Positions 26,519 to 35,907 of a DNA stretch of 64,000 nucleotides are shown here, in pieces. Below the pieces are notes generated by a model. That model was not told the origin of the DNA. It searched no databases and saw only the letters and a list, made by a program, of their open reading frames with translations. This stretch comes from a virus (Duplodnaviria; Caudoviricetes): the IMG/VR virus record IMGVR_UViG_3300021426_000001. One strand, given 5' to 3'. Numbering within the stretch: position 1 is the stretch's first letter; each line of letters begins with the position of its first letter. A program made the position numbers and the translations under genes.

Positions 26519-28345
26519 CTACTGCTTTATAGTCAGATCCAGTACGCCAGAGCAAGGGCAGAAAGTAGCCTCGCAGAAGTAGACTCGCTCGTTGACCCAG
26601 AAGAGATCGACTCGAACGAACTTGAACTGCTTAGCGATTCTTCTCACGACTGGAAGCATGGTCTTGACTGCCTGCAGCTGAGACTTGTTGAGTCCGCGCT
26701 GGAGAGGCTTGCTTCCGATGTACCAGTCTAGAGGATTTCCGTCTGTGTCAGTCCATGCTATGTGCTCGATTATGACCTTGCTGACCTTTCTCTGGAGCTC
26801 TACTGCTACGACTTCTCCGTTCTCGCACCAGAACTGGTAGTCTGTCGGATGAACTGATGCAGGGAAGAGCGCTGGCTGAACTAGGATGCCCGGAACGATC
26901 GGCTCATAGTGCCACTCGTAGCCAGCGATGTAAGCGTAGTTCAGACTTAGCCACTTCTCGATCTTCTCGATCAGGTAGTCGTAGTTGACTCCATCTTGTG
27001 GAGTGAATCGAATGTTCCAGCCAGAGCCGTGATTGCACTTCAGAATCATGTCGCTGCCCTCACAGAGAGATATAGCGTGCTCAATTTCAGCTATAGACGG
27101 CTTGTAGCGCTCGTAAATCACTGGAATCCGTGTATTCTCAAGGCCGAGCTCATAAAGCTGCTTATACACGCCTATTTTGTCGGCCCAGAGGATCTTAGCT
27201 GGATTGCAGTCCCAGAGCTTGTTGAAGTTTATCCTGTCGACGATGTTCTTCGGATTGTAGATGTCGACGGCTGGACAGTTCTGGTGGATCCATCTGACGC
27301 CCTCGCCTATCTTGTCGTCTGAGAATCTTATGGTCTCGTAGTCTACTGGAGCTTTAGCGAGCTCGCCAAGCTCTCTCGGCTTTCTAGACTGGAGGATTCC
27401 TTTTCTGATAGTCGTGTAGTTCTCTACGATTGGAGTCCAGTCATCGTGGCACTTCTCTCCTGGCCACGGATGCTCTATCTTGACGAGCTTGTTGAACTCT
27501 AGCGCCATTCTCTCGTCTTTGACAGTGTAGTCTCCCCAGAAGCAGTTCTCTTCGACTTTCTCTGAGTACCACGGAATTACTCCAGCGCAGGATCCTCTCT
27601 TGATCTTCTGGTCCCAGTCCCATCTGCTCTTCAGATGGTAGTGATAGAGCCTCACGTTGCTGTCGTAGTCTATGTGTGCGAATGAAGTGTTGCCTATCGG
27701 GAAGAACAGACCCTTTGAGCATCCCACCTCTTTGTCGAACCATGCTGTGAAGACGGCAGCCTTTCTCTCTCCGTTGACGAACGGAACGTGACCAGCTTCA
27801 TCGATTCCAGGCTGAATGCCCCACGCGTACTTCTTGTCACTTCTGTATCTGACGAAGCACTTGACTGTTGCGCTCTCGTCTGAGCGGTGGTAGTGACCAG
27901 TGTTGGGCATGCCGAGGTAAGTCTTTCTGTCCTTTGGCAGCTCTGGCTCTGAGATGTTGATGTGAGGAAGTACTAGAGTGTCATACTGCTCTAGTCCCAT
28001 GCTGAGAACCTTCTCGAGGTGAATGTCTCTGTCTCCAGCGTTCGGATCATGACAGTAGAGAAACTCGTCATCGTCAATGAAGCATACGGCGTCTCCGTCT
28101 TTGAAGAGCTCGCCATACTGCTTGTTCATGATGTCTCCATAGAGCTGCTTCTGATTGGGGAATCCGCAAATTCTGAAGTAGCGGTACTTCTCTGGATCCA
28201 CGGCAGATCTAATGTCTACTGGAGAGTCGTTGTCGAAGACTATGAATCTTGCGCTCGGAAAGCGCTTTGAGTGATATTCGAACCAGTACTTGAAGTCGTA
28301 TAGATCGTAGCATTTTGTCAACAATACGAAGTTTAACTGAAGCAT
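26519..28345 (-). CDS. Fusion of a GT-A glycosyltransferase and a TupA-like ATP-grasp domain
   Basis: N-half 'WFEYH', 'FDNDS', 'FIDDDEFL', 'LYHYHLKS'; C-half 'ADKIGV', 'ILKCNHGSGWN', 'DYQFWC', 'FVRVDLF', 'FCEATFCP'. Confidence 0.75.
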   Translation of the reverse strand: MLQLNFVLLTKCYDLYDFKYWFEYHSKRFPSARFIVFDNDSPVDIRSAVDPEKYRYFRICGFPNQKQLYGDIMNKQYGELFKDGDAVCFIDDDEFLYCHDPNAGDRDIHLEKVLSMGLEQYDTLVLPHINISEPELPKDRKTYLGMPNTGHYHRSDESATVKCFVRYRSDKKYAWGIQPGIDEAGHVPFVNGERKAAVFTAWFDKEVGCSKGLFFPIGNTSFAHIDYDSNVRLYHYHLKSRWDWDQKIKRGSCAGVIPWYSEKVEENCFWGDYTVKDERMALEFNKLVKIEHPWPGEKCHDDWTPIVENYTTIRKGILQSRKPRELGELAKAPVDYETIRFSDDKIGEGVRWIHQNCPAVDIYNPKNIVDRINFNKLWDCNPAKILWADKIGVYKQLYELGLENTRIPVIYERYKPSIAEIEHAISLCEGSDMILKCNHGSGWNIRFTPQDGVNYDYLIEKIEKWLSLNYAYIAGYEWHYEPIVPGILVQPALFPASVHPTDYQFWCENGEVVAVELQRKVSKVIIEHIAWTDTDGNPLDWYIGSKPLQRGLNKSQLQAVKTMLPVVRRIAKQFKFVRVDLFWVNERVYFCEATFCPCSGVLDLTIKQ

Positions 28346-28388
28346 TATTTGCTCCTCTCAGTTCAATTTAAGTAAAATATAAGAAAAA

Positions 28389-28613
28389 TCAGAGCGGGCT
28401 GCGATCGAGCCATGAGGACTTCATGAAGTCCATGAACGGCTTCGAGTGCTCAACTCCGTCTTGTGTCGTGAACTTGACTTCTCTCGATGTGAAAGAGACG
28501 ACAGTGACCTTCTTAGGGCAGCACGCCTTCTCGCTAGCAGTGTAGCACTTGAGACCTGGCTTAAGTGCGAATCCGTAGACTCTGAAAGCGCTCTCGCATA
28601 TTGGGCAGCTCAT
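28389..28613 (-). CDS. Hypothetical protein
   Basis: 74 aa, ATGA-coupled, N-terminal CxxC. Confidence 0.55.
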   Translation of the reverse strand: MSCPICESAFRVYGFALKPGLKCYTASEKACCPKKVTVVSFTSREVKFTTQDGVEHSKPFMDFMKSSWLDRSPL

Positions 28614-29164
28614 TTCAGCAACTTGTCCAGCTCGTCGTTTACTCTGAGGACAGTAGCTCTCTTAGACAGAGACTCTGAGTTTCCCAGAGCGTTCTGAATG
28701 CGGTAGTTAGCGTCCATAGATCTGACCCAAGCCATGCGGGCGAGCTTGCTCATGTAGGGTCTCAGCCAAGTTCTCAGCTGTGCGACGAACAGATCGAGGT
28801 TGGAGATGCAGTCTTCCTCCTCTTTGTTCTTCGGCTCTCTGAGAAGCTTTCCGTCTTTGTCGATCAGTCCCAGCTTGTAAGCCTTAGTCGTTGTCGGCGC
28901 TGTCATGAGATTCTTGAGGAAGATATACACTAGGATGTTGTCTATGCTTCTCAGGTGAGTAGACATAGAGATCTTCTTGTTCATCGCCTTCAGCGTCTTA
29001 GAGGTGCTCTGAGCTTCGTTGATCACTCCATCTGACTCCAAGACTGCGACAGCGGTGCCGCAGTGTCTCGTGAGCTTCTCTAGGAAGTGCTTGTTTGATC
29101 CAGCAGCTTCTTCGATTCTTCTGAAGCAAGTGTTCAACTCGTCTAGATTCAAAGCATTCTCCAT
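28610..29164 (-). CDS. Conserved T4-like hypothetical protein
   Basis: 'TKAYKLGLIDKDGK' motif familiar from T4-like phage head regions. Confidence 0.7.
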   Translation of the reverse strand: MENALNLDELNTCFRRIEEAAGSNKHFLEKLTRHCGTAVAVLESDGVINEAQSTSKTLKAMNKKISMSTHLRSIDNILVYIFLKNLMTAPTTTKAYKLGLIDKDGKLLREPKNKEEEDCISNLDLFVAQLRTWLRPYMSKLARMAWVRSMDANYRIQNALGNSESLSKRATVLRVNDELDKLLK

Positions 29165-29352
29165 ACTGGCTTGTCGCCGTAATTTCTCATCTGCGCCTTG
29201 ACAGCGTCTCTTACATCTGGATCGAGGTCATTCCAGAACTCTCTGTCTGAGTTCCTTTCGGAGAAGCTCATACGCTCTAGAGCGACCTTGTAGAGGTCTT
29301 TGTGCGCTTTCACGAAAGGCTGATCAGCTAGCTCTTCTAGAGGTATGGCCAT
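29149..29352 (-). CDS. Hypothetical protein
   Basis: 67 aa in gene chain. Confidence 0.55.
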   Translation of the reverse strand: MAIPLEELADQPFVKAHKDLYKVALERMSFSERNSDREFWNDLDPDVRDAVKAQMRNYGDKPVWRML

Positions 29353-29355
29353 GTC

Positions 29356-30294
29356 TTATTCTCCCTTGTCTTCCTTCTTTCTCGGAGTCGGAGGAACGTC
29401 GATCGGGGTCACAGTCTCTGCTTCCTCGATCGGCTTGTCCCAGTCGTCTCCGCTGTCGAAGTTGCCCTCTTCTACTGTCGGAGGAACGACCATAGAGATT
29501 GACTCTGCTTCTCTAGCAGTTCTCTGGTCGACGACAGCTTCTGCGAAGTCGAACTTCTTCTGAGATGGAGCTTCTACCTGCTGTAACTGAGCTGGAGTCG
29601 TGACTGGCTGTGCAGTCTCTGCGTGCTCTTCGCCAGTGACGCCGACTTCGACCATCTCGTCGCCCTCAATGTGCTTGTCCATCTGTGGCTGAGGTGCTAG
29701 ATCGACTTTCTGGTTTCTCTGTGCTCTCTCAGCGAGGATCTGGTCTCTCGGAATGTTAGAGTTGATCTGAACTTCGTGGATCTCTGTCGGAGGAATGATG
29801 TCGTTGAGGACCTTGTTGATCACATCATCATTTCTCCAGTCCTGCTGAACTGGCTTAGGCTGTGTGAACGTCTGAGGCTGTCCTTGCGGACCCTCTACGA
29901 TTCTAACTGGCTTCTTGAACGGCTTAGATGGCTGTGCTGGCGCTGCAGGTGCAGCTTCTTGAACTTGCGGAGCTGCCTGTCTTGAGCTCGGTCTCGGCTG
30001 ACCCTTGAGCTGAGCTATGTAGTCAGCGAGAGAGTTAGCGATTCCCTCGTCGATTCTTCTCAGACCCTCAAGTCCGTATCTGACCAGGCAAGAGTCGATC
30101 TTCTTGTAGAGGCGCTGCTTGTAGAAGTCGATCTCTTCGAACAGCTTCTGCTCTTCTTCGTCGATTCTCGGTCTTCTAGGAGGTCTCGTGTCATATTCGT
30201 AGTTTTCGTTCATTTCGGGTTCTCTCTCCGGAACGAACTCAGGCTCCCTCTGTGGGTTTCTTCTGTTGTGGAGGAATTCATCAAATCCGCTCAT
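29356..30294 (-). CDS. Hypothetical Pro/Gln/Glu-rich late protein
   Basis: 312 aa; TATAAATA at 30319-30326; GGAG RBS. Confidence 0.7.
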   Translation of the reverse strand: MSGFDEFLHNRRNPQREPEFVPEREPEMNENYEYDTRPPRRPRIDEEEQKLFEEIDFYKQRLYKKIDSCLVRYGLEGLRRIDEGIANSLADYIAQLKGQPRPSSRQAAPQVQEAAPAAPAQPSKPFKKPVRIVEGPQGQPQTFTQPKPVQQDWRNDDVINKVLNDIIPPTEIHEVQINSNIPRDQILAERAQRNQKVDLAPQPQMDKHIEGDEMVEVGVTGEEHAETAQPVTTPAQLQQVEAPSQKKFDFAEAVVDQRTAREAESISMVVPPTVEEGNFDSGDDWDKPIEEAETVTPIDVPPTPRKKEDKGE

Positions 30295-30295
30295 C

Positions 30296-30709
30296 TTAGT
30301 TAGCTCCTGTTTCTGGTTTATTTATAGCAGCTGCCTTGGCGTCTCTTCTTGCTTTGCGGCGCTTCTTGGCTCTCTCGCGTCTATAGGCTCTCTTCTCTTC
30401 AGGCGTCATCTCTTTCAGGCTGTTGTACTTGCCGCGAGGCGTGATGTCGCATGTCCAGTCCTTCTCAAGAAGAGTGCGATCTGGCTTAGCAGACCTGAAC
30501 CATACCCTTCCGCTGTTGAAAGCGGCGTATGTCGATCCGTAGCGGATGATCTTGAACTTCTTCTTGACGAAGTTGAACTTCGCCTCCATGATGTCGCCGT
30601 TGATTGAGAGTACCCTGTAGTCGTTTCCCTGTTCGTCTTTGTACTCGCCTCCGACCTTAAACTCCGGGATCTTTACCACTTCCTTCTCTAGATAGCTTTC
30701 TGTCTTCAT
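30296..30709 (-). CDS. Hypothetical protein with basic C-terminal helix
   Basis: Start ATG 30709 behind GGAG; 'EMTPEEKRAYRRERAKKRR'. Confidence 0.65.
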   Translation of the reverse strand: MKTESYLEKEVVKIPEFKVGGEYKDEQGNDYRVLSINGDIMEAKFNFVKKKFKIIRYGSTYAAFNSGRVWFRSAKPDRTLLEKDWTCDITPRGKYNSLKEMTPEEKRAYRRERAKKRRKARRDAKAAAINKPETGAN

Positions 30710-30977
30710 ATCGCTCCAATACACAGTTGAGTTCTTCTAAGAATATGTCTCGGCAGGGCATATCCTCTGAGATTCTGCAGGAGACGAAAGCGATAGCTTC
30801 TTCAGCCGTCTTGAACTTCTCGTTCTCGAACTTGTGGATGTTGTTGGTGACTTTTGTCGCAGTTTCCAGCAGGTTCATCATGCGCTTGAACTCTGCCGGA
30901 TTCTTAGTTAGCCTCAGTACGTCTTTTTCGCGTCTGGTCTTAGGAATGGCGTTAGCCCATGTATGCATCTTCTTCAC
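30657..30977 (-). CDS. Hypothetical protein
   Basis: 106 aa in gene chain. Confidence 0.5.
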   Translation of the reverse strand: MKKMHTWANAIPKTRREKDVLRLTKNPAEFKRMMNLLETATKVTNNIHKFENEKFKTAEEAIAFVSCRISEDMPCRDIFLEELNCVLERYEDRKLSREGSGKDPGV

Positions 30978-31254
30978 AGGTGTCGTCCTTAGAGAGATAT
31001 CCGTCTTTGGCGCACTCTAGAAGCTTTTGGTAGTCGTCATGGGACACAAAAGAGAAGAACGGGAGCTTCTTGTGATTGCTCTCGTTTACGGGGAACTTCA
31101 TCCACCACTTATTCTCGACTGGGTCGTGGAACAGCTTTATTCCAGTGAGGCGGATCATTCCAGCGATAGTTGCTTTGAAGATCGCAACACAGTTGTGTGT
31201 TCCGTTTGTGAGTGTTACCATATCCAGAGTGTCGACCGTTATAGTCTTCTTCAT
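30952..31254 (-). CDS. SpoVG-like nucleic-acid-binding protein
   Basis: 'VAIFKATI...IRLTGIKL....WWMKFP...' pattern ending in a helix with Tyr; early promoter upstream. Confidence 0.5.
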   Translation of the reverse strand: MKKTITVDTLDMVTLTNGTHNCVAIFKATIAGMIRLTGIKLFHDPVENKWWMKFPVNESNHKKLPFFSFVSHDDYQKLLECAKDGYLSKDDTCEEDAYMG

Positions 31255-31309
31255 GTCAGCTTTCCTTTAGTTATATTCCATTTATAGCTATTGGCGCTAA
31301 CACTTAACT

Positions 31310-31338
31310 AATATAAGAAACCAGCGTCAATTTGTAAA
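31310..31338 (-). promoter_or_regulatory. Early sigma70-like promoter
   Basis: TTTACA-N17-TATATT on minus strand. Confidence 0.75.
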
Positions 31339-31398
31339 CGGTAGTTAAAAATTATTTACGTGAGATTGTCTCGATTTTCTCTTATCATGATTCTCTTA

Positions 31399-32145
31399 TC
31401 AAGAATTCTTCGGATTGAGCCAGATTCTCTCTGAGTCAGTCCCGAGCTTCAGGGAGAGCTTAGAGTATCTCTCCTCTTCCTCCGCAGTCACGCCGAGATT
31501 GATGTCGTCCATGAGCTGTTCGAAAGTAGCGTAGCACTTGACTCGGTTGGCTGCGCTCTGCTGGAGGTTTGGCTTCACTCTGAAGATTCCGCGAACGTCC
31601 GTCTTCTTGAGAGTCTCGATCTCTTCTTGGCTCAGATCCTTGACTGGGATGAGCTCTCTCGTTCTCAATACGACTACGTAGGCGTTCGCTAGCGTCTTCG
31701 TCGTGTGCATCATCTTGTAGTGGCTCTTTCTCTCTACTTCGTGAGCGTCTGCGTATCTCTCGATGCTTCCGAGCTTGGATCCGTAGATCTCAGTAGCCCT
31801 CTTAGCAGTCTTCGTCCACAGAGCGCCGTGACCAGCCCTGTAGTTTCTCACGTTCGGGTTGTACTGCTGGTCGTAGAGGTGTATCATCTCGTGCAAGATC
31901 GTGTTGGCCATTAGCTTCTTGCTGTCGAGAAGCATCTTGTCCATGTAGATGTAGTTTCGTCCGTCTTTGTACCAAGAGAGTCCAGAGAGGTGATCCCAGT
32001 CGTCTATGTCGGTGAACACCTCTTTGGCTTCGTCTGGATTGATGAAGATCAAGCATGGTCCGAGCTTCACTCCGAGCTCTCTCTGAAAGAAGTCTTTTTC
32101 GAAGAACTTGTAGATCTTCTGGCACTCTGCTAGCGAATACTTCAT
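31399..32145 (-). CDS. SprT-like zinc metalloprotease
   Basis: 'TILHEMIHLY...GHGALW'. Confidence 0.75.
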   Translation of the reverse strand: MKYSLAECQKIYKFFEKDFFQRELGVKLGPCLIFINPDEAKEVFTDIDDWDHLSGLSWYKDGRNYIYMDKMLLDSKKLMANTILHEMIHLYDQQYNPNVRNYRAGHGALWTKTAKRATEIYGSKLGSIERYADAHEVERKSHYKMMHTTKTLANAYVVVLRTRELIPVKDLSQEEIETLKKTDVRGIFRVKPNLQQSAANRVKCYATFEQLMDDINLGVTAEEEERYSKLSLKLGTDSERIWLNPKNS

Positions 32146-32157
32146 CTAATCCTCCAA

Positions 32158-33771
32158 TTAGAAGTCGACGTCCGTGTCGTCGCCCTCCATGTCTTCTGGC
32201 TTGTCTTCCGGAGCAGCCTCGTCTTTCTTTGCCTTTGCCTCTTCGAGGATAGCTTCCTGCTCTTGTCTGATGCACTCTTGGTTCTTGAGAATGTCTGCGT
32301 CGCTCATGTGAAGCACGTTCTCGTAGAGGTACTGACGAGAGAACAGCGGCTTTTGCTCTTCTGAGTCTGGCTTAGAGTTAGCGAGATTCGGAAGCATGCT
32401 CTGTAGCTGTCCTATGATTCCGCCCATCTTCTCCCATACTGCGAGCTGTCTGATCTTCTCGAAGTTGTTAGCGCCGTTGAGCGTGATGTTGTATAGAGTC
32501 GGATCAAGGAACTTCTTCTTGAATCCAGCGAGCTTCAGGTGAACAAGGAACGTGTGCTTGATGATCTGGTTGCAGTATCTCTGTCCGAGTCTGCGACACA
32601 TCTTCTGGTAGGTGATCTCTGTGATCTCTTGCTCTGGAGCAGTAGCGTACTGAGCGTTGCCTCCCTCTCCGACTAGCCATCTTCCAGACGGAGTCAGGAG
32701 AGCGTCCATGACCATCTGCTGGAACATTCTGACGTCATCCATCTGGCCGTTGAACTCGGTAGAGGACTTGATAGGCTCGACGGTAGTTCCGTTGCCAGTG
32801 TCAGTCTTTCCGACGAAGATGTCTTCTGTGAAGCTCTGAACGTTCTTAGAGGAAGTGATCATTCCAGTGATCGGGTCGATAGTCATGGTCTTGCGGTACT
32901 TGTTTCTCACGTCGTTGACCATAGCGTTGGCCTTAGCGTCGTTAGCACGACCGATGTACACGTTCCAGAGTCTGCGTTCTGGAGCTCTGTTGATTCTCGT
33001 CACTGTGAGAGCGTCTTCGATTGCTCTGAGCTGGTTGAGAGGTCTGACCGCCGCGTCCAAGTGGCCTCGAACGTCGTTTCTGTTGACGCCCCACTGACCG
33101 TAGTCAGAGTAAGAGACCTGGTCAGTCGTGAATCTCTTGATCTCTCCAGTAGAGTTGAGATCGATCATTCTAGGATCCTGGACATAGCCAGTAGCTACGC
33201 CCTCTTCGTAGATGACTAGAGAGCAGTATGCGGGAAGCAGCTTGACGCCGACTAGACGGTCTCCCTCGTCGCTAGCGCAGTTCTCCATGAACTGCTCACC
33301 GTCAACGAGCCAGCGTCTGAGATAGTCGTGTATGTTCTCTTGACCGAAGACACAGTTCATCACGTAGTCGAACTCCTTCTTGAGAGCGTCATACTCAGTC
33401 ACGTTGAACTGATCTACGGCGTGCTTAGCGATGTTGAATGATGCGACTTCGTTCTCTGCGTTAGGCGTGCACATCTCGTCCACCATCATCGTGATGGCCT
33501 TCTTGACGAGAGGATAGTTGTACATGCTGCGGTAGAAAGCTATCTTCTGTTTCTTTGACTCGAAGACCGCGTCGAATAGGATCGACTGCTGATCTGGGTT
33601 CACGCAGTCTCCCTGCGCATAGCCCCAGCCGCCACCGACTGCGCCCCAGTTAGTCTGGTCTTCATCTAGACCTATAGAGTTGTTCTTAGCCTCGAGCTCG
33701 CGAAGCGTCTGAGCGTCTTCTTCGTTCTTGAGGAAATTGTTGCTTAAAAAGTTGAGATATCCTAGCTTCAT
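32158..33771 (-). CDS. gp20: Portal vertex protein
   Basis: 'YRSM..YPLV..AI...VDE', 'RRWLVDG', 'NQLRAIEDAL...RINRAPERR'. Confidence 0.93.
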   Translation of the reverse strand: MKLGYLNFLSNNFLKNEEDAQTLRELEAKNNSIGLDEDQTNWGAVGGGWGYAQGDCVNPDQQSILFDAVFESKKQKIAFYRSMYNYPLVKKAITMMVDEMCTPNAENEVASFNIAKHAVDQFNVTEYDALKKEFDYVMNCVFGQENIHDYLRRWLVDGEQFMENCASDEGDRLVGVKLLPAYCSLVIYEEGVATGYVQDPRMIDLNSTGEIKRFTTDQVSYSDYGQWGVNRNDVRGHLDAAVRPLNQLRAIEDALTVTRINRAPERRLWNVYIGRANDAKANAMVNDVRNKYRKTMTIDPITGMITSSKNVQSFTEDIFVGKTDTGNGTTVEPIKSSTEFNGQMDDVRMFQQMVMDALLTPSGRWLVGEGGNAQYATAPEQEITEITYQKMCRRLGQRYCNQIIKHTFLVHLKLAGFKKKFLDPTLYNITLNGANNFEKIRQLAVWEKMGGIIGQLQSMLPNLANSKPDSEEQKPLFSRQYLYENVLHMSDADILKNQECIRQEQEAILEEAKAKKDEAAPEDKPEDMEGDDTDVDF

Positions 33772-33775
33772 ATTG

Positions 33776-33783
33776 TATTTATA
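33776..33783 (-). promoter_or_regulatory. T4-type late promoter, 4 nt before the portal ATG
   Basis: TATAAATA-CAAT-ATG. Confidence 0.75.
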
Positions 33784-33800
33784 ACTCCAGTTTACTCTAC

Positions 33801-34337
33801 TTAGACTCTACCCTTCTCTCCAGCGAGACCAAAGATCTCGTTCTCAGTCTTCACAGCGAACTTGAACCCTCTCTTAGCAGCCCATCTCTTAGCAGCGTCC
33901 CACTTCTCTGAGTTTCTCCTGATGACTTGGCACTTCTCTTGCCACTTAGCTAGAGACTTCTGCGTCTTCTTTTTCGGCGCTGGAGGATAGATCACGTTTC
34001 CCATCTTGTCCAAGTAGGCAGACTGGCTGTTCGGCTTCACTTCGATAGCCCACTTTCCGAGTGTTCCGTCTTTCTTCCTGAGTATGATGAGAAAGTCAAG
34101 GATGTATCTGTGCGTCTTTCCGTCGATCTCTGAGTAGTACGGAATCTCTACGACTTCTGAGCCCCATGACAGAACATTCACTTCGATGTCGCAGAAGTTG
34201 CACATGATCTGCTCCCATGAGCTTCTGTAAGTTATAGGCTGCACTCTGTCCCAGAGCTTTCTGTTGAAGTTCAAGCACTTCTCTGGATGCTTGGGAACGA
34301 AAGAGCCCTGATAGTAGTTTTTCGCGAATGTAGACAT
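33801..34337 (-). CDS. gp4: Head completion nuclease
   Basis: 'YQGSFVPKHPEK', 'YRSSWE', 'WGSE..IPY', 'HRYILDF', 'IEVKP'. Confidence 0.88.
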   Translation of the reverse strand: MSTFAKNYYQGSFVPKHPEKCLNFNRKLWDRVQPITYRSSWEQIMCNFCDIEVNVLSWGSEVVEIPYYSEIDGKTHRYILDFLIILRKKDGTLGKWAIEVKPNSQSAYLDKMGNVIYPPAPKKKTQKSLAKWQEKCQVIRRNSEKWDAAKRWAAKRGFKFAVKTENEIFGLAGEKGRV

Positions 34338-34350
34338 AGAATATTTACAC

Positions 34351-34380
34351 AAAAAGCACAGCCCTTTTCGAGCTGTGCTT
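34351..34380 (-). terminator. Intrinsic terminator
   Basis: AAGCACAGC/GCTGTGCTT with T-run on minus strand. Confidence 0.65.
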
Positions 34381-34401
34381 CATGGCATGCAGGAGACCTT
34401 T

Positions 34402-34593
34402 TTAGACGGTCATCTCTATGTGTCTGATTCCGTCTTGTTCAGCGTCAACTGTGATTCTCTTCATTCCCTCTTCGGCCCAAGCCTTGCATCTTCTCCACAG
34501 AGAGATGTGTTCGTCTTTGATCTTTCTCGGACCTCTGGCTGCGATTATCTCACGCTCAAGGTCGAGATTCTTATTTAGAATCAGTCTTCTCAT
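34402..34593 (-). CDS. Hypothetical protein
   Basis: 63 aa in gene chain. Confidence 0.5.
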   Translation of the reverse strand: MRRLILNKNLDLEREIIAARGPRKIKDEHISLWRRCKAWAEEGMKRITVDAEQDGIRHIEMTV

Positions 34594-34810
34594 CTTTGAT
34601 CTGCTCCCTGTAAGAGTGAATCATCTTGAACACTTCACTGATCGCGAAGTAGATGTCTATGCCTGCCATAGTTGCTGCGCTGATCTGCTCAGCTAGATTT
34701 CTCGGCTCATTCGTAGAGAAGAAGAAAAAGATCAGGTAGAGGATAGTGCCAGTGTAGATTGCGAACAACACTTGGTGCTTCCAGAGATCTTTAGATGGTT
34801 CGAACTTCAT
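34571..34810 (-). CDS. Small membrane protein
   Basis: Two hydrophobic stretches; ATGA overlap with primase. Confidence 0.6.
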   Translation of the reverse strand: MKFEPSKDLWKHQVLFAIYTGTILYLIFFFFSTNEPRNLAEQISAATMAGIDIYFAISEVFKMIHSYREQIKDEKTDSK

Positions 34811-35901
34811 TGTTCCTCCAGTTCAGGTTCGTCGAAGTCAGGCTTTGGCTTGATTCCGACCGGTTCTTCAGTTGTGAGCTCTATCGCTTTGTACTGTTCT
34901 GGATAGCGGGTGAAGCATCCCCTGAGCTCTGCTATCGAGAACTTCTTCGTTCTCTTGAGGTAGAGAACTACGTCGTTGATGTCGTTGATGTCGCTTGGAA
35001 GATTGTAGAGGAAGATGAGCTTGTTCCACATCAGAACTGGCTTCTCTTCGTTAACTTTCTTCCATGCTTTCTTCTTTCCAGACTTGTCGTTGTCGTAGAT
35101 GAACCAGCAGTCGAGGTTCTTCAGCTGCTCGTCAAGCTCCTTAGAGGATCCTGCGCCGACTGTAGCAGTCGAGTTCTCTACGAAGATGCTGTTGATCGGA
35201 CCCTCTAGCACAGCTATCGGCTTCGTCTTGTCTACGAAGTCCCAGTTGTACAGAGCCGTGTGTCCGACTCTTGACAAGTACTTCGCATCATCATCTATGA
35301 GCGTTCTGCCCTGGAAGAATTCGATCTTTCCAGCAGCAGTGAAGAACGGGATGATTACACGGTCGTGATACTTGCCGTCGTCGCAGTAGTAGAACTTAGA
35401 CCAGACTTCTTCTGGGATCATGCGCTTCTTGCAGTAGGCGATCGCGTCTGCCTGGCAGCGTCCCGGCACTGAGATCTTCTTGAAGTGCCTAGCTTCTCTA
35501 CGGTCTTTAGCCATAGCTTCCTCTAAGCGCTTCTTCTGCTCCATAGCGTCGATCTCTTTCTTTCTCTCTATGAACTCTTTGATGGCGTCGAGGTCCTTCT
35601 GAGACTTCTTGTTCAGACCCTTTAGCTCTTCGAGGTACTCGTTGTACATTGACGGCGAGACTTCCCTGAGCCACTTCGTAGCGAGGATTCCGTGATCGGA
35701 GCACTGACAAGAGGCTCTCCAGCAAGTGTAGCACCAGCGGTATGTGTTAGTGAGCCATAGAGTGCCCTTGTACTCCCTATCTCCACAGAACGGGCAGCAG
35801 ACCTTGATCTCGTTTCCGCGACCCTTGTGTCTGACGCCCTCTACTGCTCTACGGATGTACTTCTCTAGAGTGAATGTCTTTGTCTGTTCATCGATTTCCA
35901 T
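34807..35901 (-). CDS. gp61: DNA primase
   Basis: Zn ribbon 'CPFCGD..YTCW..C', 'RVIIPF', 'FQGR', TOPRIM 'EGPINS', 'YDNDKSG'. Confidence 0.9.
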   Translation of the reverse strand: MEIDEQTKTFTLEKYIRRAVEGVRHKGRGNEIKVCCPFCGDREYKGTLWLTNTYRWCYTCWRASCQCSDHGILATKWLREVSPSMYNEYLEELKGLNKKSQKDLDAIKEFIERKKEIDAMEQKKRLEEAMAKDRREARHFKKISVPGRCQADAIAYCKKRMIPEEVWSKFYYCDDGKYHDRVIIPFFTAAGKIEFFQGRTLIDDDAKYLSRVGHTALYNWDFVDKTKPIAVLEGPINSIFVENSTATVGAGSSKELDEQLKNLDCWFIYDNDKSGKKKAWKKVNEEKPVLMWNKLIFLYNLPSDINDINDVVLYLKRTKKFSIAELRGCFTRYPEQYKAIELTTEEPVGIKPKPDFDEPELEEQ

Positions 35902-35907
35902 AGCGGG

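Noticed and set aside
31376-31401. Direct repeat TTCTCTTATCA, twice
   Set aside because: Short, AT-rich and overlapping a stop codon; no further support
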